A stretch of DNA of 64,000 nt, from the NCBI GenBank assembly GCA_002269645.1, contig NIVC01002290.1, positions 1-64,000 of the forward strand, written 5' to 3'. The DNA comes from Macrostomum lignano. Lineage: Eukaryota. Positions 12,290 to 32,254 of the stretch are shown here, one piece after another. Every line of letters starts with the position of its first letter. The first letter of the stretch is position 1. The notes under the pieces are model-generated. The model did not search any database and was not told where the DNA came from. It saw nothing but the letters and a program-made list of their open reading frames with translations. The position numbers were made by a program, and so were the translations under genes.

Positions 12290-13182
12290 GAGTCGGGATC
12301 CCGGGATTGAGAGTCGGGATCTGGGGATTGAGGAGTCGGGATCCCGGTATTAAAAGTCGGTATGCCGGTATTGAGGAGTCGGGATCCCGGGATTGAGGAG
12401 TCGGGATCCCGGGATTGAGGAGTCGGGATCCCGGGATTAGAGAGTCGGGATCCCAGGATTGAGGAGTCGGGATCCTGGAATCAAAGAGTCGGGATCCCGG
12501 GATTGAGGAGTCGGGATCCTGGAATCAAAGAGTCGGGATCCCGGGATTGAGGAGTCGGGATCCTAGAATCAAAGAGTCGGGATCCCGGGATTGAGGAGTC
12601 GGGATCCTAGAATCAAAGAGTCTGGATCCTGGGATTAGAGAGTCGGGATCCCGGGATTAGAGAGTCGGGATCCCGGGATTAGAGAGTCTGGATCCTGGGA
12701 TTAGAGAGTCGGGATCCTGGAATCAAAGAGTCTGGATCCTGGGATTAGAGAGTCGGGATCCTAGAATCAAAGAGTCTGGATCCTGGGATTAGAGAGTCTG
12801 GATCCTGGGATTAGAGAGTCGGGATCCTGGAATCAAAGAGTCTGGATCCTGGGATTAGAGAGTCGGGATCCTGGAATCAAAGAGTCTGGATCCTGGGATT
12901 AGAGAGTCGGGATCCTGAATCAAAGAGTCGGGATCCCGGGATTGAGGAGTCGGGATCCTGGAATCAAAGAGTCGGGTTCCCGGGATTGAGGAGTCGGGAT
13001 CCTGGAATCAAAGAGTCGGGATCCTGGGATTAGAGAGTCGGGATCCTGGAATCAAAGAGTCGGGATCCCGGGATTGAGGAGTCGGGATCCTGGAATCAAA
13101 GAGTCTGGATCCTGGGATTAGAGAGTCGGGATCCTGGAATCAAAGAGTCTGGATCCTGGGATTAGAGAGTCGGGATCCCGAG
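12290..13182. repeat. Minisatellite, 21-22 bp unit GAGTCGGGATCCCGGGATTGAG with alternating variants
   Basis: Tandem copies with a palindromic GGGATCCC core, ending ~140 bp before the DENR ATG. Confidence 0.96.
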
Positions 13183-13320
13183 TTAGGTTTATTTTCAAGC
13201 AACTGCAAGCTCTTCCTAATTAACCAATCAGACTAATACTCGATTTCTGCATGCTTTCGAGCCAACAGCAGCAGCGGCAGCAGTACTCAGCTTCATCGGC
13301 AGCTCAAGCATCAGCACGCG

Positions 13321-14516
13321 ATGTCAGACGGCGGCCAGAGCGACAGAGAGGCGCCGCCGCCGGCTGAGTCTTCGGCGCCATCCGCAGCCGCCGCCCCGCC
13401 GCTCTGTCGGCTACAGCGTGCGGCGGCTTCCTGTCGGAACCGAAGCCGGTGCCGGGGGTGCGCTACCCACTGCAGGTGCAGTACTGCGGCGCCTGCTCCC
13501 TGCCGCTGGAGCTGTGCGAGTTCTCCCCGGATCCTGGCGCGTGCAGGTGAAGTACTTTTTATTTTATTCGAAACAGTAAAACAGCGGCGCATCTGAAGGC
13601 TGCGTACGGCTGTTCAGTCCAAGGACTGGGGGTGGGGGGTCGCCACACACACCCTTAACTACCCCAGCTAATGCTGGCATCCATTTTACAGCTGGGTGAA
13701 CTGAAGCACTGCAGATTTAAGTGTCTTGCTCAAGGACACAAATTGTTCCAAATGTGTCAAGAATCGAACCCCCGACCTTTTAGCCGTGAATCCGCCGCGC
13801 TAACCACTAGGCTAGAATCCCCCAAAACGAAAACAGTTTCTCTACTTTCAGTTCAGTAGTATTGAAGAATGCGTGAGCCATTTTTAATGAAAATACGGGC
13901 AGTTGGAAGTGACGACATGCACACGTAAACAGCTCAAACGCCTTCGGCGACATGATGTACATACAAGCGCGTCAATACTGTACGCAGGCACGGCACTCAT
14001 GCACACGCTCACTCAGGGTGTACAGCAGCCCTGACTTTCTAATCATCAGGCATGTACACTCTCAAGAAAGATGGAATTGGCTGACATTCCCACAGGGCCT
14101 GGCTGGAGCAAAACCTGCCCGAAGAGTTCGCCCGGCTGAACACAGGGGCCGCGGCGGCAGACGAGGCGGACGACGACAAGAAGAAGCGCCAGACCCGGGG
14201 CGGCAAGGGCGGAAACAAGGAGGCCAAGAAGAAGAAGGAGGCGGCCGATCAGGCCAGGATTTGCCTGTCCCGAGCGCAGCGGGGCAAGCGGAAGTCGGTG
14301 ACGGTGGTCACCGGCTTGTCCTCGTTCGGCATCGATCTGAAGGAGGCCTCCCGGGTGTTCGGCCAGAAGTTCGCCACCGGCGCCAGCGTCACGGGCAACG
14401 GGGACGAGATTGTGATCCAGGGCGACGTGCGGGACGACCTGTTCGACCTCCTGCCGGAGCGGTGGCCGAGCATCGACGAGGAGCGAATCGAGGATCTGGG
14501 CGATTTGAAGCGATGA
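13321..14516 (+). CDS. DENR: Density-regulated protein (SUI1-domain reinitiation factor), 2 exons, ~215 aa after a 1-nt correction
   Basis: Exon 1 13321-13546 holds [22 protein letters not shown]. Exon 2 14096-14516 holds [13 protein letters not shown]...EIVIQGDV...IEDLGD. The phase-2 intron is consistent. The ATG frame and the conserved frame differ by one base; one extra C in the run at 13394-13397 restores them. Confidence 0.9.
13586..13820 (-). mobile_element. tRNA-derived CORE-SINE in the DENR intron
   Basis: On the minus strand: A box TAGCCTAGTGG (13814-13804), B box GGTTCGATTC (13770-13761), then TGTGTCCTTGAGCAAGACACTTAA...CAGTTCACCCAGCTGTAAAATGG resembling the MIR/CORE domain. A second copy lies at 34281-34428. 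Confidence 0.8.
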
Positions 14517-14639
14517 TGAACTGGGATGCTGGCTGCTTAGCTCTGGGTGCTCGGCTTTTATAACAGTATGAGGCTGGCTGCTGAGGTGCCTGTGCTGGGT
14601 TCAGTCTATGCTCGCTTTTATCTATTCTTAATGATCACT

Positions 14640-14960
14640 TCTCGTGGGCTATCTATTCTCCTGCTATCTCTATTCTCATGCTATCTATTCTCAGTCGCAT
14701 CTATTCTCAGTCGTATCTATTCACAAGCTAATCTATTCTCAACCATATCTGTTCTCAAGCTAATCTATTCTCAACCATATCTGTTCTCAAGCTAATCTAT
14801 TCTCAACCATATCTGTTCTCAAGCTAATCTATTCTCAGTCGTATCTATTCTCAACCGTATCTATTCTGAAGCTAATCTATTCTCAACCGTATCTATTCTT
14901 AAGCTAATCTATTCTCAATCATATCTATTCTCCTGCTATCTATTCTCAATCGTATCTACT
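14640..14960. repeat. Minisatellite, 16 bp unit TCTATTCTCAA(GCTAA/CCATA)
   Basis: Degenerate tandem copies downstream of the DENR stop. Confidence 0.9.
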
Positions 14961-15419
14961 CTTGTTCAGTCTACTCTTATCCATATGTTTCTTACGGAAC
15001 TCTTAATCTCTCTCCCTCTCCCATTGAGTTCTCAGTCTGCAAACCCCAGAAGCACCCTCAGTCAAAAGAGTTCAAATTAAAACGCACATATTGATTGAAT
15101 TTTTCATTCGAACTAATTAACTGCCTGGGTGACTCTTAATAGTAAAGTTATGAGAGTTGTTTAACGTTAAACTATTGGAAATAATTGGCGCTAAGTTCAG
15201 CTCATGTGTGTGACTGTAACTGCCAGCCTCAGAACAGAAATTATGGCAAAATTATAGAATTTCGGATCGGAAGTGTCTTCTTCCTTTGCGGCATTTTCTG
15301 AAGCTCTGCGAGCTTTGGGCAGCTCAGCCTACGCAGTTCCTACTTGGCTCGGTGTGGCTTGCGTTTCGTTATTTATTTCATAGTCATCCTGCGCTGAGTG
15401 ACCAGATACCAGGTACAGG

Positions 15420-16952
15420 AGTGACCAGATGCATTGATGCATTAGCGGATAAAAGGGTGACCAGATGCATTGATGGATAAGAGAGTGACCAGATGCATTG
15501 GTGGATAAAGGAGTGACCAGATGCATTGGTGGATAAAGGAGTGACCAGATGCATTGGTGGATAAGGGAGTGACCAGATGCATTGGTGGATAAGGGAGTGA
15601 CCAGATGCATTGGTGGATAAGGGAGTGACCAGATGCATTGGTGGATAAGGGAGTGACCAGATGCATTGGTGCATAAGGGAGTGACCAGATGCATTGGTGG
15701 ATAAGGGAGTGACCAGATGCATTGGTGGATAAGGGAGTGACCAGATGCATTGGTGGATAAGGGAGTGACCAGATGCATTGGTGGATAAGGGAGTGACCAG
15801 ATGCATTGGTGGATAAAGGAGTGACCAGATGCATTGATGGATTAAAGAGTGACCAGATGCATTGGCGGATTAAAGAGTGACCAGATGCATTGGTGGATAA
15901 GGGAGTGACCAGATGCATTGATGGATAAGAGAGTGACCAGATCATTGGTGGATAAAGTAGTGACTAGATGCATTGGTGGATAAGGGAGTGACTAGATCAT
16001 TGGTGGATAAAGTAGTGACTAGATGCATTGGTGGATAAAGTAGTGACTAGATGCATTGGTGGATAAGGGAGTGACCAGATGCATTGGTGGATAAGGGAGT
16101 GACCAGATGCATTGGTGGATAAAGGAGTGACCAGATGCATTGATGGAATCAAGAGTGACCAGATGCATTGGCGGATTAAAGAGTGACCAGATGCATTGCC
16201 GGATTAAAGAGTGACCAGATGCATTGGTGGATAAGGGAGTGACCAGATGCATTGATGGATAAGCGAGTGACCAGATCATTGGTGGATAAAGTAGTGACTA
16301 GATGCATTGGTGGATAAGGGAGTGACCAGATGCATTGGTGGATAAGGGAGTGACCAGATGCATTGGTGGATAAAGGAGTGACCAGATGCATTGATGGATT
16401 AAAGAGTGACCAGATGCATTGGCGGATTAAAGAGTGACCAGGTGCATTGCCGGATTAAAGAGTGACCAGATGCATTGGCGGATTAAAGAGTGATCAGGTG
16501 CATTGGTGGATAAGGGAGTGACCAGATGCATTGGCGGATTAAAGAGTGACCAGATGCATTGGCGGATTAAAGAGTGACCAGATGCATTGGTGGATAAGGG
16601 AGTGACCAGATGCATTGGCGGATTAAAGAGTGACCAGATGCATTGGCGGATTAAAGAGTGATCAGGTGCATTGCCGGATTAAAGAGTGACCAGATGCATT
16701 GGCGGATAAGAGAGTGACCAGATGCATTGGCGGATTAAAGAGTGACCAGATGCATTGGCGGATTAAAGAGTGACCAGATGCATTGGCGGATTAAAGAGTG
16801 ACCAGATGCATTGTCGGATTAAAGAGTGACCAGACGCATTGGTGGATTAAAGAGTGACCAGATGCATTGTCGGATTAAAGAGTGACCAGACGCATTGGTG
16901 GATAAAAGAGTGACCAGACGCATTGGTGGATAAAGGAGTGACCAGATGCATT
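15420..16952. repeat. Minisatellite, 28 bp unit GAGTGACCAGATGCATTGGTGGATAAGG
   Basis: More than 50 copies between the convergent DENR and bestrophin 3' ends; variant composition shifts along the array. Confidence 0.98.
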
Positions 16953-17678
16953 AACCCGATAACCATATTCAGTTTCTAAGATAATCAATAACTCGAACAC
17001 GGCAATGCTTATTTTGTTCTACTCTGGTCACAGTGATTGCAGACGGTTTTTGTGTATTCGGACTCTGGGCTGTTGCAACAGCGCTACCAAATAAAAGCAA
17101 CAGAGAAAAGCCGCAAAAGCAACTGCAAAATATTTGAAGCTGATCGCGCTAGTAGAAAAAAATTTCGGTTTAAAAAAAGTACAGCGTGAACTGTGTACGC
17201 GGAAGGGAGCAACAAAGGGAGCGAGGCAGATTGCAATGCTTGATTTAATCAGTTCTGGAGCAAAGACAGATGCAGCTTAACGAATGTGATTTATTGCGCA
17301 ATACAGTTAAAAGTACAACAGGAAACTCTCGCCTATCGCGGCGCTATGTTGAGCCCAGATGCGATGGGGCGTACGGTACTGAGATTAGAAAACTGCAACG
17401 GATGAAAGCAATCGAATAGAAGTGCGGATGCATTATCGGTGCAGCAGAAGACATTGCCTACAAAAACAATCTGTTAGCGAGTACATTAAAAAGCAAATAT
17501 GCGCGAGATTTTTGCACTCTGACACAGCTGAGGCCAGGACACATTCGTGAGCTAGTGTACTTTATCCAACAGTATTGCACTGGGCCGCTCTCTGATGGAG
17601 AGCTGGAATTCGCGTTACGAATCTAAGGATCGAGATTTCAGAATCATTATAAAAAATTGCCAGAAAAAATTCGCATTT

Positions 17679-25177
<7,499 letters not shown>

Positions 25178-25751
25178 GACCGCTCAATCTACAGTGAAAT
25201 ATAAGCGATTCCTATGGACCTTAAATCGATCAATAATAAAGGACAGTGTTTCGTATTTAAAAAAATATATTACTGGATTCAGCTGGCTGAAACCGGAGTC
25301 GGGGGGAGGCAGGCAGGCAGACAGACAGACGGAGGGGCTTGGATGGGGTCACCCTCAGCTAGTAGAACCCCCAAGATAGAAAGTAAAACGCCAGGAGGTG
25401 AGAAAAACGAAGTAGACAGAAGTAGAGGGGGAGAGGAAGAGAATCGCAAAACTGTGCGTGGGAGTGCTTAAGGGCAGTAAAAAACACAGCAAACTGCCTG
25501 ACTGTTGGGGCCACCCTCATATGCTCGACCCCGGGCTGATGACTAACCTTGTGCCGCTCCGCCGCCGCTAACAAAATAGGCCAGTCTATTCGGGCTTATT
25601 TAACACTACTACTGCTTGGGCTTATTTATATTATATAGAGAGAGAAGGAACTATATTCACTGGTTGTGAGAGTCTGGGAGACCGTACAAAATTGAGATCT
25701 CCAAGGAGAGTCTCTTGCTTGGTATTGGACAAGATTGGACACACTGGAAGG

Positions 25752-25785
<34 letters not shown>

Positions 25786-26624
25786 ACGGGCAGGGCATGC
25801 TGGCTGAGCTTGTGTATAAGGAGGATGACTCTCTCCTCTCTCCTCTCCCCTCGCCCTCTCTCCCCTGTACAGGGCAGAGTGTACTGTACAGGGCTTTGGC
25901 ATAGAAGAAAAATAGGACCTAGCGCCGCCCACACTCCCCGCCTGCCCTCAGGAGACCTCGTCACTCTCTGCCTCCCCCCCTCTGCCCAATTGCCGTCTTT
26001 CTGCCTCCGACACTGCTGGCCTCCCCTCCATCGCTAAATACATTCCACAGGCCGCCGAATCGGGCTCTTATTACTCCGCCCTTCCCTCGGCCGAACTCTC
26101 TCTCTCGATGCTCATTTTAGCGTGATGCGTTTATATATAAGCGAAATGCATTAAAAAATTAGAAGATTTATCAGCAGCCAGCCAGTTGAACTTAAGTACG
26201 GCTCGAACGCGAAAATAGCAAACAAAAAACAACAAATTGCATAGCCCCTAGGCGACCGCCATAGCTATTAGTACACGCGGAGGCGATTGCGCGTAAACAT
26301 AGTGTTCCTGTCTGTTGGCAGGATAAATGAACTGCGTGGGATTGGAACTATTGGGTTTGGGTAATAGATGAATGCATGGAAGGAGACGGATTATTGCATA
26401 CAGAGATGCACCAGGCGACCAATTTTGTAGAAGTCATGTCTAGTGCTGAATTTAGCGAAGCGCAGTACGAGTACAGAGTGCCTTAAAAAGTACTACGTAC
26501 TAGAGTGACTAGGGAGAGTGCACACCAGAAGGAGTGCCAGAGTACAGTACGAGGGTACAGTTACCAGAAATTGTCGTGAGAATGCCGGAGAGGACACCAA
26601 GGTGAATGCCGTTTAGAGATAAGA

Positions 26625-28195
26625 GTGCCGGAAGAGTGCTGGAGAGTACCAGAATACAGAACAGAGTGCAGCAGATAGTGCCAGAATACAGAACAGAGTA
26701 CAGCAGAGAGTGCCAGAATACAGAACAGAGTGCAGCAGAGAGTGCCAGAATACAGAACAGAGTGAAGCAAAGAGTGCCAGAATACAGAACAGAGTGCAGC
26801 AGAGAGTGCCAGAATACAGAACAGAGTGCAGCAGAGAGTGCCAGAATACAGAACAGAGTGCAGCAGAGAGTGCCAGAATACAGAAGAGTGAAGCAGAGAG
26901 TGCCAGAATACAGGACAGAGTGCAGCAGAGAGTGCCAGAATACAGAACAGAGTGCAGCAGAGAGTGCCAGAATACAGAACAGAGTGCAGCAGAGAGTGCC
27001 AGAATACAGAACAGAGTGCAGCAGAGAGTGCCAGAATACAGAAGAGTGAAGCAGAGAGTGCCAGAATACAGGACAGAGTGCAGCAGAGAGTGCCAGAATA
27101 CAGAACAGAGTGCAGCAGAGAGTGCCAGAATACAGAACAGAGTGCAGCAGAGAGTGCCAGAATACAGAACAGAGTGCAGCAGAGAGTGCCAGAATACAGG
27201 ACAGAGTGCAGCAGAGAGTGCCAGAATACAGAACAGAGTGCAGCAGAGAGTGCCAGAATACAGAAGAGTGAAGCAGAGAGTGCCAGAATACAGAAGAGTG
27301 CAGCAGAGAGTGCCAGAATACAGAACAGAGTGCAGCAGAGAGTGCCAGAATACAGAACAGAGTGCAGCAGAGAGTGCCAGAATACAGAACAGAGTGAAGC
27401 AAAGAGTGCCAGAATACAGAACAGAGTGCAGCAGAGAGTGCCAGAATACAGAAGAGTGAAGCAGAGAGTGCCAGAATACAGAACAGAGTGCAGCAGAGAG
27501 TGCCAGAATACAGAACAGAGTGCAGCAGAGAGTGCCAGAATACAGAAGAGTGAAGCAGAGAGTGCCAGAATACAGGACAGAGTGCAGCAGAGAGTGCCAG
27601 AATACAGAACAGAGTGCAGCAGAGAGTGCCAGAATACAGAACAGAGTGCAGCAGAGAGTGCCAGAATACAGAACAGAGTGCAGCAGAGAGTGCCAGAATA
27701 CAGGACAGAGTGCAGCAGGAGAGTGCCAGAATACAGAAGAGTGAAGCAGAGAGTGCCAGAATACAGAAGAGTGCAGCAGAGAGTGCCAGAATACAGAACA
27801 GAGTGAAGCAAAGAGTGCCAGAATACAGGACAGAGTGCAGCAGAGAGTGCCAGAATACAGAACAGAGTGCAGCAGAGAGTGCCAGAATACAGAACAGAGT
27901 GCAGCAGAGAGTGCCAGAATACAGAACAGAGTGAAGCAAAGAGTGCCAGAATACAGGACAGAGTGCAGCAGGAGAGTGCCAGAATACAGAACAGAGTGCA
28001 GCAGAGTGCCAGAATACAGAACAGAGTGAAGCAAAGAGTGCCAGAATACAGGACAGAGTGCAGCAGGAGAGTGCCAGAATACAGAACAGAGTGCAGCAGA
28101 GAGTGCCAGAATACAGAACAGAGTGCAGCAGGAGAGTGCCAGAATACAGAACAGAGTGCAGCAGAGAGTGCCGGAATACAGAACAGAGTGCCAGA
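26625..28195. repeat. Minisatellite, 32 bp unit AGAGTGCCAGAATACAGAACAGAGTGCAGCAG with variants
   Basis: About 49 copies; the source of the spurious 470-595 aa ORFs. Confidence 0.98.
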
Positions 28196-29039
28196 GTGTC
28201 TGTGCATAACAATGCGCAGATCCAAGCGCCCGAAAAGGCGGAAAAGTCGCACGGAGTCACATGCATGAGATGAGAGGCTAGATACTGATCTCGCAATCAT
28301 GCATGGCATATCACACAGCGGCAGAGAAACGCTGTGTAATAATCATTGGCGGAAATCAGTCCAGGCCTTGAACCACCAAGCAGTTTAAACAAGCCCAGCT
28401 CCAAAGGCTGATGCGTTCAAGAAATGCCAATTGAAAATCTTTAAAAAATGTAGGATGAAAAAACAGAGGCCTTGAATGCAAGATTAGATTTGCAATGGCT
28501 CGGCACACAGGCCTGCTAAAAGCCAATAGAAAAAGTACCAGATGACACCCGTCAAAGGTCATCAGTGTATATTTATAATCCTAGTAAAAGCAGTCATTGC
28601 AGGTTCAGAAACCATTTTTGCCAAAGTAGCAGATACTTGTAGTGTACATGTCTGATGAAGAGGCGGCTGTTGCGTCACAAGCGCGTCACGCAAATTGCAG
28701 AATTGTAAAAGAGTCGCGCGAAAGAGTCGTCCAAGAATTGTTGTGTTGAAGCTTAACTTTCTACTAACTCAGTAGGCTAGTTAGAGTGCAATCAGAGTTC
28801 AATAGGCTAAAACTGAGCGCTTATTGTGTAACTGTAACTTGTGACGCACTAACGATTCTACCCTAAAGCGCTTCTTCTGCGACTTTTTAGCGCCTTGGAG
28901 AACGCCGCTAAAACGCGGGAGATGTGACTCTGATTCATCAAGCGATGCAAATGCGCTTCAAACACAGCTTAGTGAGTCTACAGCGACTCTGGCACGCCTC
29001 AAATACGACTCTGCGGCTTCGGAGTCGTTAATACCGTCG

Positions 29040-30045
29040 CTCCAGAATCACTATAGTCGCCCCAGAATCACTAGAGTCGCCCCAGAATCACTAGAGTCGC
29101 TCCAGAATCACTAGAGTCGCCCCAGAATCACTAGAGTCGCTCCAGAGTCACTAGAGTCGCTCCAGAGTCCCTAGAGTCGCCCCAGAATCACTAGAGTCGC
29201 TCCAGAATCACTTGAGTCGCTCCAGAATCACTTGAGTCGCTCCAGAGTCACTAGAGTCGCCCCAGAATCACTTGAGTCGCTCCAGAGTCACTTGAGTCGC
29301 TCCAGAGTCACTAGAGTCGCCCCAGAATCACTTGAGTCGCTCCAGAGTCACTTGAGTCGCTCCAGAGTCACTTGAGTCGCTCCAGAATCACTAGAGTCGC
29401 TCCAGAATCACTAGAGTCGCTCCAGAGTCACTTGAGTCGCTCCAGAGTCACTAGAGTCGCCCCAGAGTCACTAGAGTCGCTCCAGAGTCACTAGAGTCGC
29501 CCCAGAGTCACTAGAGTCGCTCCAGAATCACTAGAGTCGCTCCAGAATCACTTGAGTCGCTCCAGAGTCACTTGAGTCGCTCCAGAGTCACTAGAGTCGC
29601 TCAAGAATCACTTGAGTCGCTCCAGAGTCACTAGAGTCGCTCAAGAATCACTTGAGTCGCTCCAGAATCACTAGAGTCGCTCCAGAGTCACTTGAGTCGC
29701 TCAAGAATCACTAGAGTCGCTCCAGAGTCACTTGAGTCGCTCCAGAGTCACTTGAGTCGCTCCAGAATCACTTGAGTCGCTCCAGAGTCACTTGAGTCGC
29801 TCCAGAGTCACTAGAGTCGCTCAAGAATCACTTGAGTCGCTCCAGAGTCACTAGAGTCGCTCAAGAATCACTTGAGTCGCTCCAGAATCACTAGAGTCGC
29901 TCCAGAGTCACTTGAGTCGCTCAAGAATCACTAGAGTCGCTCCAGAGTCACTTGAGTCGCTCCAGAGTCACTTGAGTCGCTCCAGAATCACTAGAGTCGC
30001 TCCAGAATCACAAGAGTCACTCCAGAATCACTAGAGTCGCCCCGG
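29040..30045. repeat. Minisatellite, 20 bp unit CCAGAGTCACTAGAGTCGCT (two 10 bp subunits)
   Basis: About 50 copies, intergenic. Confidence 0.98.
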
Positions 30046-30454
30046 AGCCGACTAATTTGGAGTTTTAAAACGCATTTAATACAAAGCATTCTAGGTAATA
30101 AATTATATACAAAATCCATTTACGGCATCAGAATAAAAGTCTCAAACATGCTACTACGAGCGTATAAGTAGAACCTAAAAGTCTATCTAAATGTATGCAC
30201 AACATCGACAAAACAAAGCATTAATACGGCATTGGCAGTTTAAACTGAGGACACTACAAGCTTAGCTTAAAAGGAAGCAAATATGAGACAATGTCAGTCA
30301 ATAACAGATAAATATACTGCAATTCGAATGTCAGGGTGTTGTCATAAGTAACAGGTTAAAGCGATAACTACAAGTAAACAGCTTCAGCTAATCAGACAGT
30401 AGGGAATTTATGTCATTAATATTCAATAACTTGACGGATAAATGCCGGTCTTAA

Positions 30455-30901
30455 CTTTACTGACCAATCAGAGCAGCAGCAGGCCTTCATTCCAACCAAT
30501 CAGAGAGCAACAGGCCTTCATTCCAACCAATCTGAAAACAGTGAGACTCCAATTTCCCAACCAATTAGAGAGCAGCAGGCCACCATTCCAACCAATCAGA
30601 GAGCAGCAGGCCACCATTCCAACCAATCAGAGAGCAGCAGGCCTCCATTCCAACCAATCAGAAAGCAGTGGACTCCATTATAACCAATCAGAGAGCAGCT
30701 GGACTCCAATATTGCAACCAATCAGAGAGCAGCTGGACTCCAATATTGCAACCAATCAGAGAGCAGCTGGACTCCAATATTGCAACCAATCGGAGAGCAG
30801 CTGGACTCCAATATTGCAACCAATCGGAGAGCAGTGTGACTCCAATATTTCAACCAATCAGAGAACAGCGGGACTCCATTCCAACCAATCAGAGAGCAGC
30901 A
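30455..30901. repeat. CCAAT-containing minisatellite (31-35 bp, core AACCAATCAGAGAGCAGC) directly after the MXRA7-like stop
   Basis: About 14 CCAAT cores; the array abuts the TAG at 30904-30906. Confidence 0.93.
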
Positions 30902-30903
30902 GG

Positions 30904-31738
30904 CTAAGAATAGAGTCGCATCTGGCTGCGCACTTCATTCAGAGAAGCTTCAGGCGGCAGTTCGCCGCCAGCCTCGCCGCCCTGCCGCTCAGCCAGGATG
31001 CCGCAGATCTGCCTCAGCTGGTCCATCACGGCGTCCCGCTCGAGTTGCAGCTCCTCCTCCGACAGGCTTTGGAGAATTTTTGCCTGCTCGGCGCGTTTCA
31101 AACTGCCGGGAAGGTGAGTGAATGGGACAGCATCTGCGGCTGCCACCTGTTGCTGCTGCTGCCCCATCTCACTGGCTCCTGCATCCTCAGCGCTGACTGA
31201 CTCGGCTGCCTGGTCTGATGAGGTGCGGGAGAATTAGGGTGGGTTGCTAATCTGTTCTACATATATTGGATTGCTAATCTAATCTACATATATTGGATTG
31301 CTAATCTAATCTGCAATGGATTTCTGATGGATTGCTAGTCTAGAATGGATTGCTAGCCTAGAATGGATTGCTAGTCTAGAATGGATTGCTAGCCTAGAAT
31401 GGATTGCTAGCCTAGAATGGATTGTTAGCCTAGAATGGATTGCTAGCCTAGAATGGATTGCTAGCCTAGAATGGATTGTTAGCCTAGAATGGATTGCTAG
31501 CCTAGAATGGATTGCTAGCCTAGAATGGATTGCTAGTCTAGAATGAAAGCGAAGCGGGCTAAGCACCGTTTGCTCGCGCGCTGTAAGCCGCCGCCTCGGC
31601 CGCCCAGCGGGCCGTCAGCTGGCGCCGCCTCATCAGCTGCTGCGCCAGGGTGGCCAGCAGGCAGGCCAGCACGGCGGTCAGGCCAATCAGCACAGCCTGG
31701 GCGGTCCCCTCAGCTTCGTAGAGCCCGCCGCCAGTCAT
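30904..31738 (-). CDS. MXRA7: MXRA7-like single-pass membrane protein, 2 exons, ~160 aa
   Basis: Exons 31738-31567 and 31214-30904, phase 1. N-terminal hydrophobic helix (AVLIGLTAVLACLLATLA). The C-terminus PGSLK...LSEEELQLERDAVMDQLRQI...EVRSQMRLY resembles, from memory, the MXRA7 helical domain (PGKLR...MTKEELEEEQ...QLAAIF...DVQEQLRLY). Confidence 0.72.
31270..31545. repeat. Intronic minisatellite, 18 bp unit GAATGGATTGCTAGCCTA
   Basis: MXRA7-like intron. Confidence 0.96.
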
Positions 31739-32254
31739 TTTAAAGGAGAAATCTGAAAAATAAATAAAATATACGAGCTACTTACTGTATTCGCTACTTA
31801 CAGTAAGCGAATGATGAAATATTTTAATGAACGGAGACATACACAAATTGGCTATTTTCATGGAAGAAAATATCGAATAAATCTGTTATATTTTGGTATA
31901 TTTATATGTCTGAATGACTTATAACTAACCTTCATCAAGCAATAGCTGAATTCAAGTATTCACAGTGAGCTGGAGTAAATATGAAACATGTTTAACATTA
32001 AGAAGTACTTTAGGAGCACGCAACAAATTTATGAGTGAATCGAGTACTTAGTAAGTACGCATGTACTTTGCAAGTACGCATGTACTTTGTTAGCACGCAC
32101 GCGCTTTGTAACTACGTATGAACTTTTAAATTACGTATGGAGTTTGTAAGTACGGATGTACTATACAAGTACGGATGTTCTTTCTAAGTACACGAGTACT
32201 TTAAAAGAACTAATGCTATAAAAAGTTCGGTTTGCACTAAATCAAATGCAGACT

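Noticed and set aside
15420-16952. CRISPR-like appearance of the 28-37 bp arrays
   Set aside because: The units are directly adjacent with no unique spacers, there are no cas genes, and the context is eukaryotic.
26509-28309. Long ORFs of 470-595 aa on both strands
   Set aside because: They are translations of the 32-bp minisatellite, open in several frames at once with no domain content.
30442-31200. 252-aa plus-strand ORF
   Set aside because: It is the CCAAT repeat plus the antisense of MXRA7-like exon 2.
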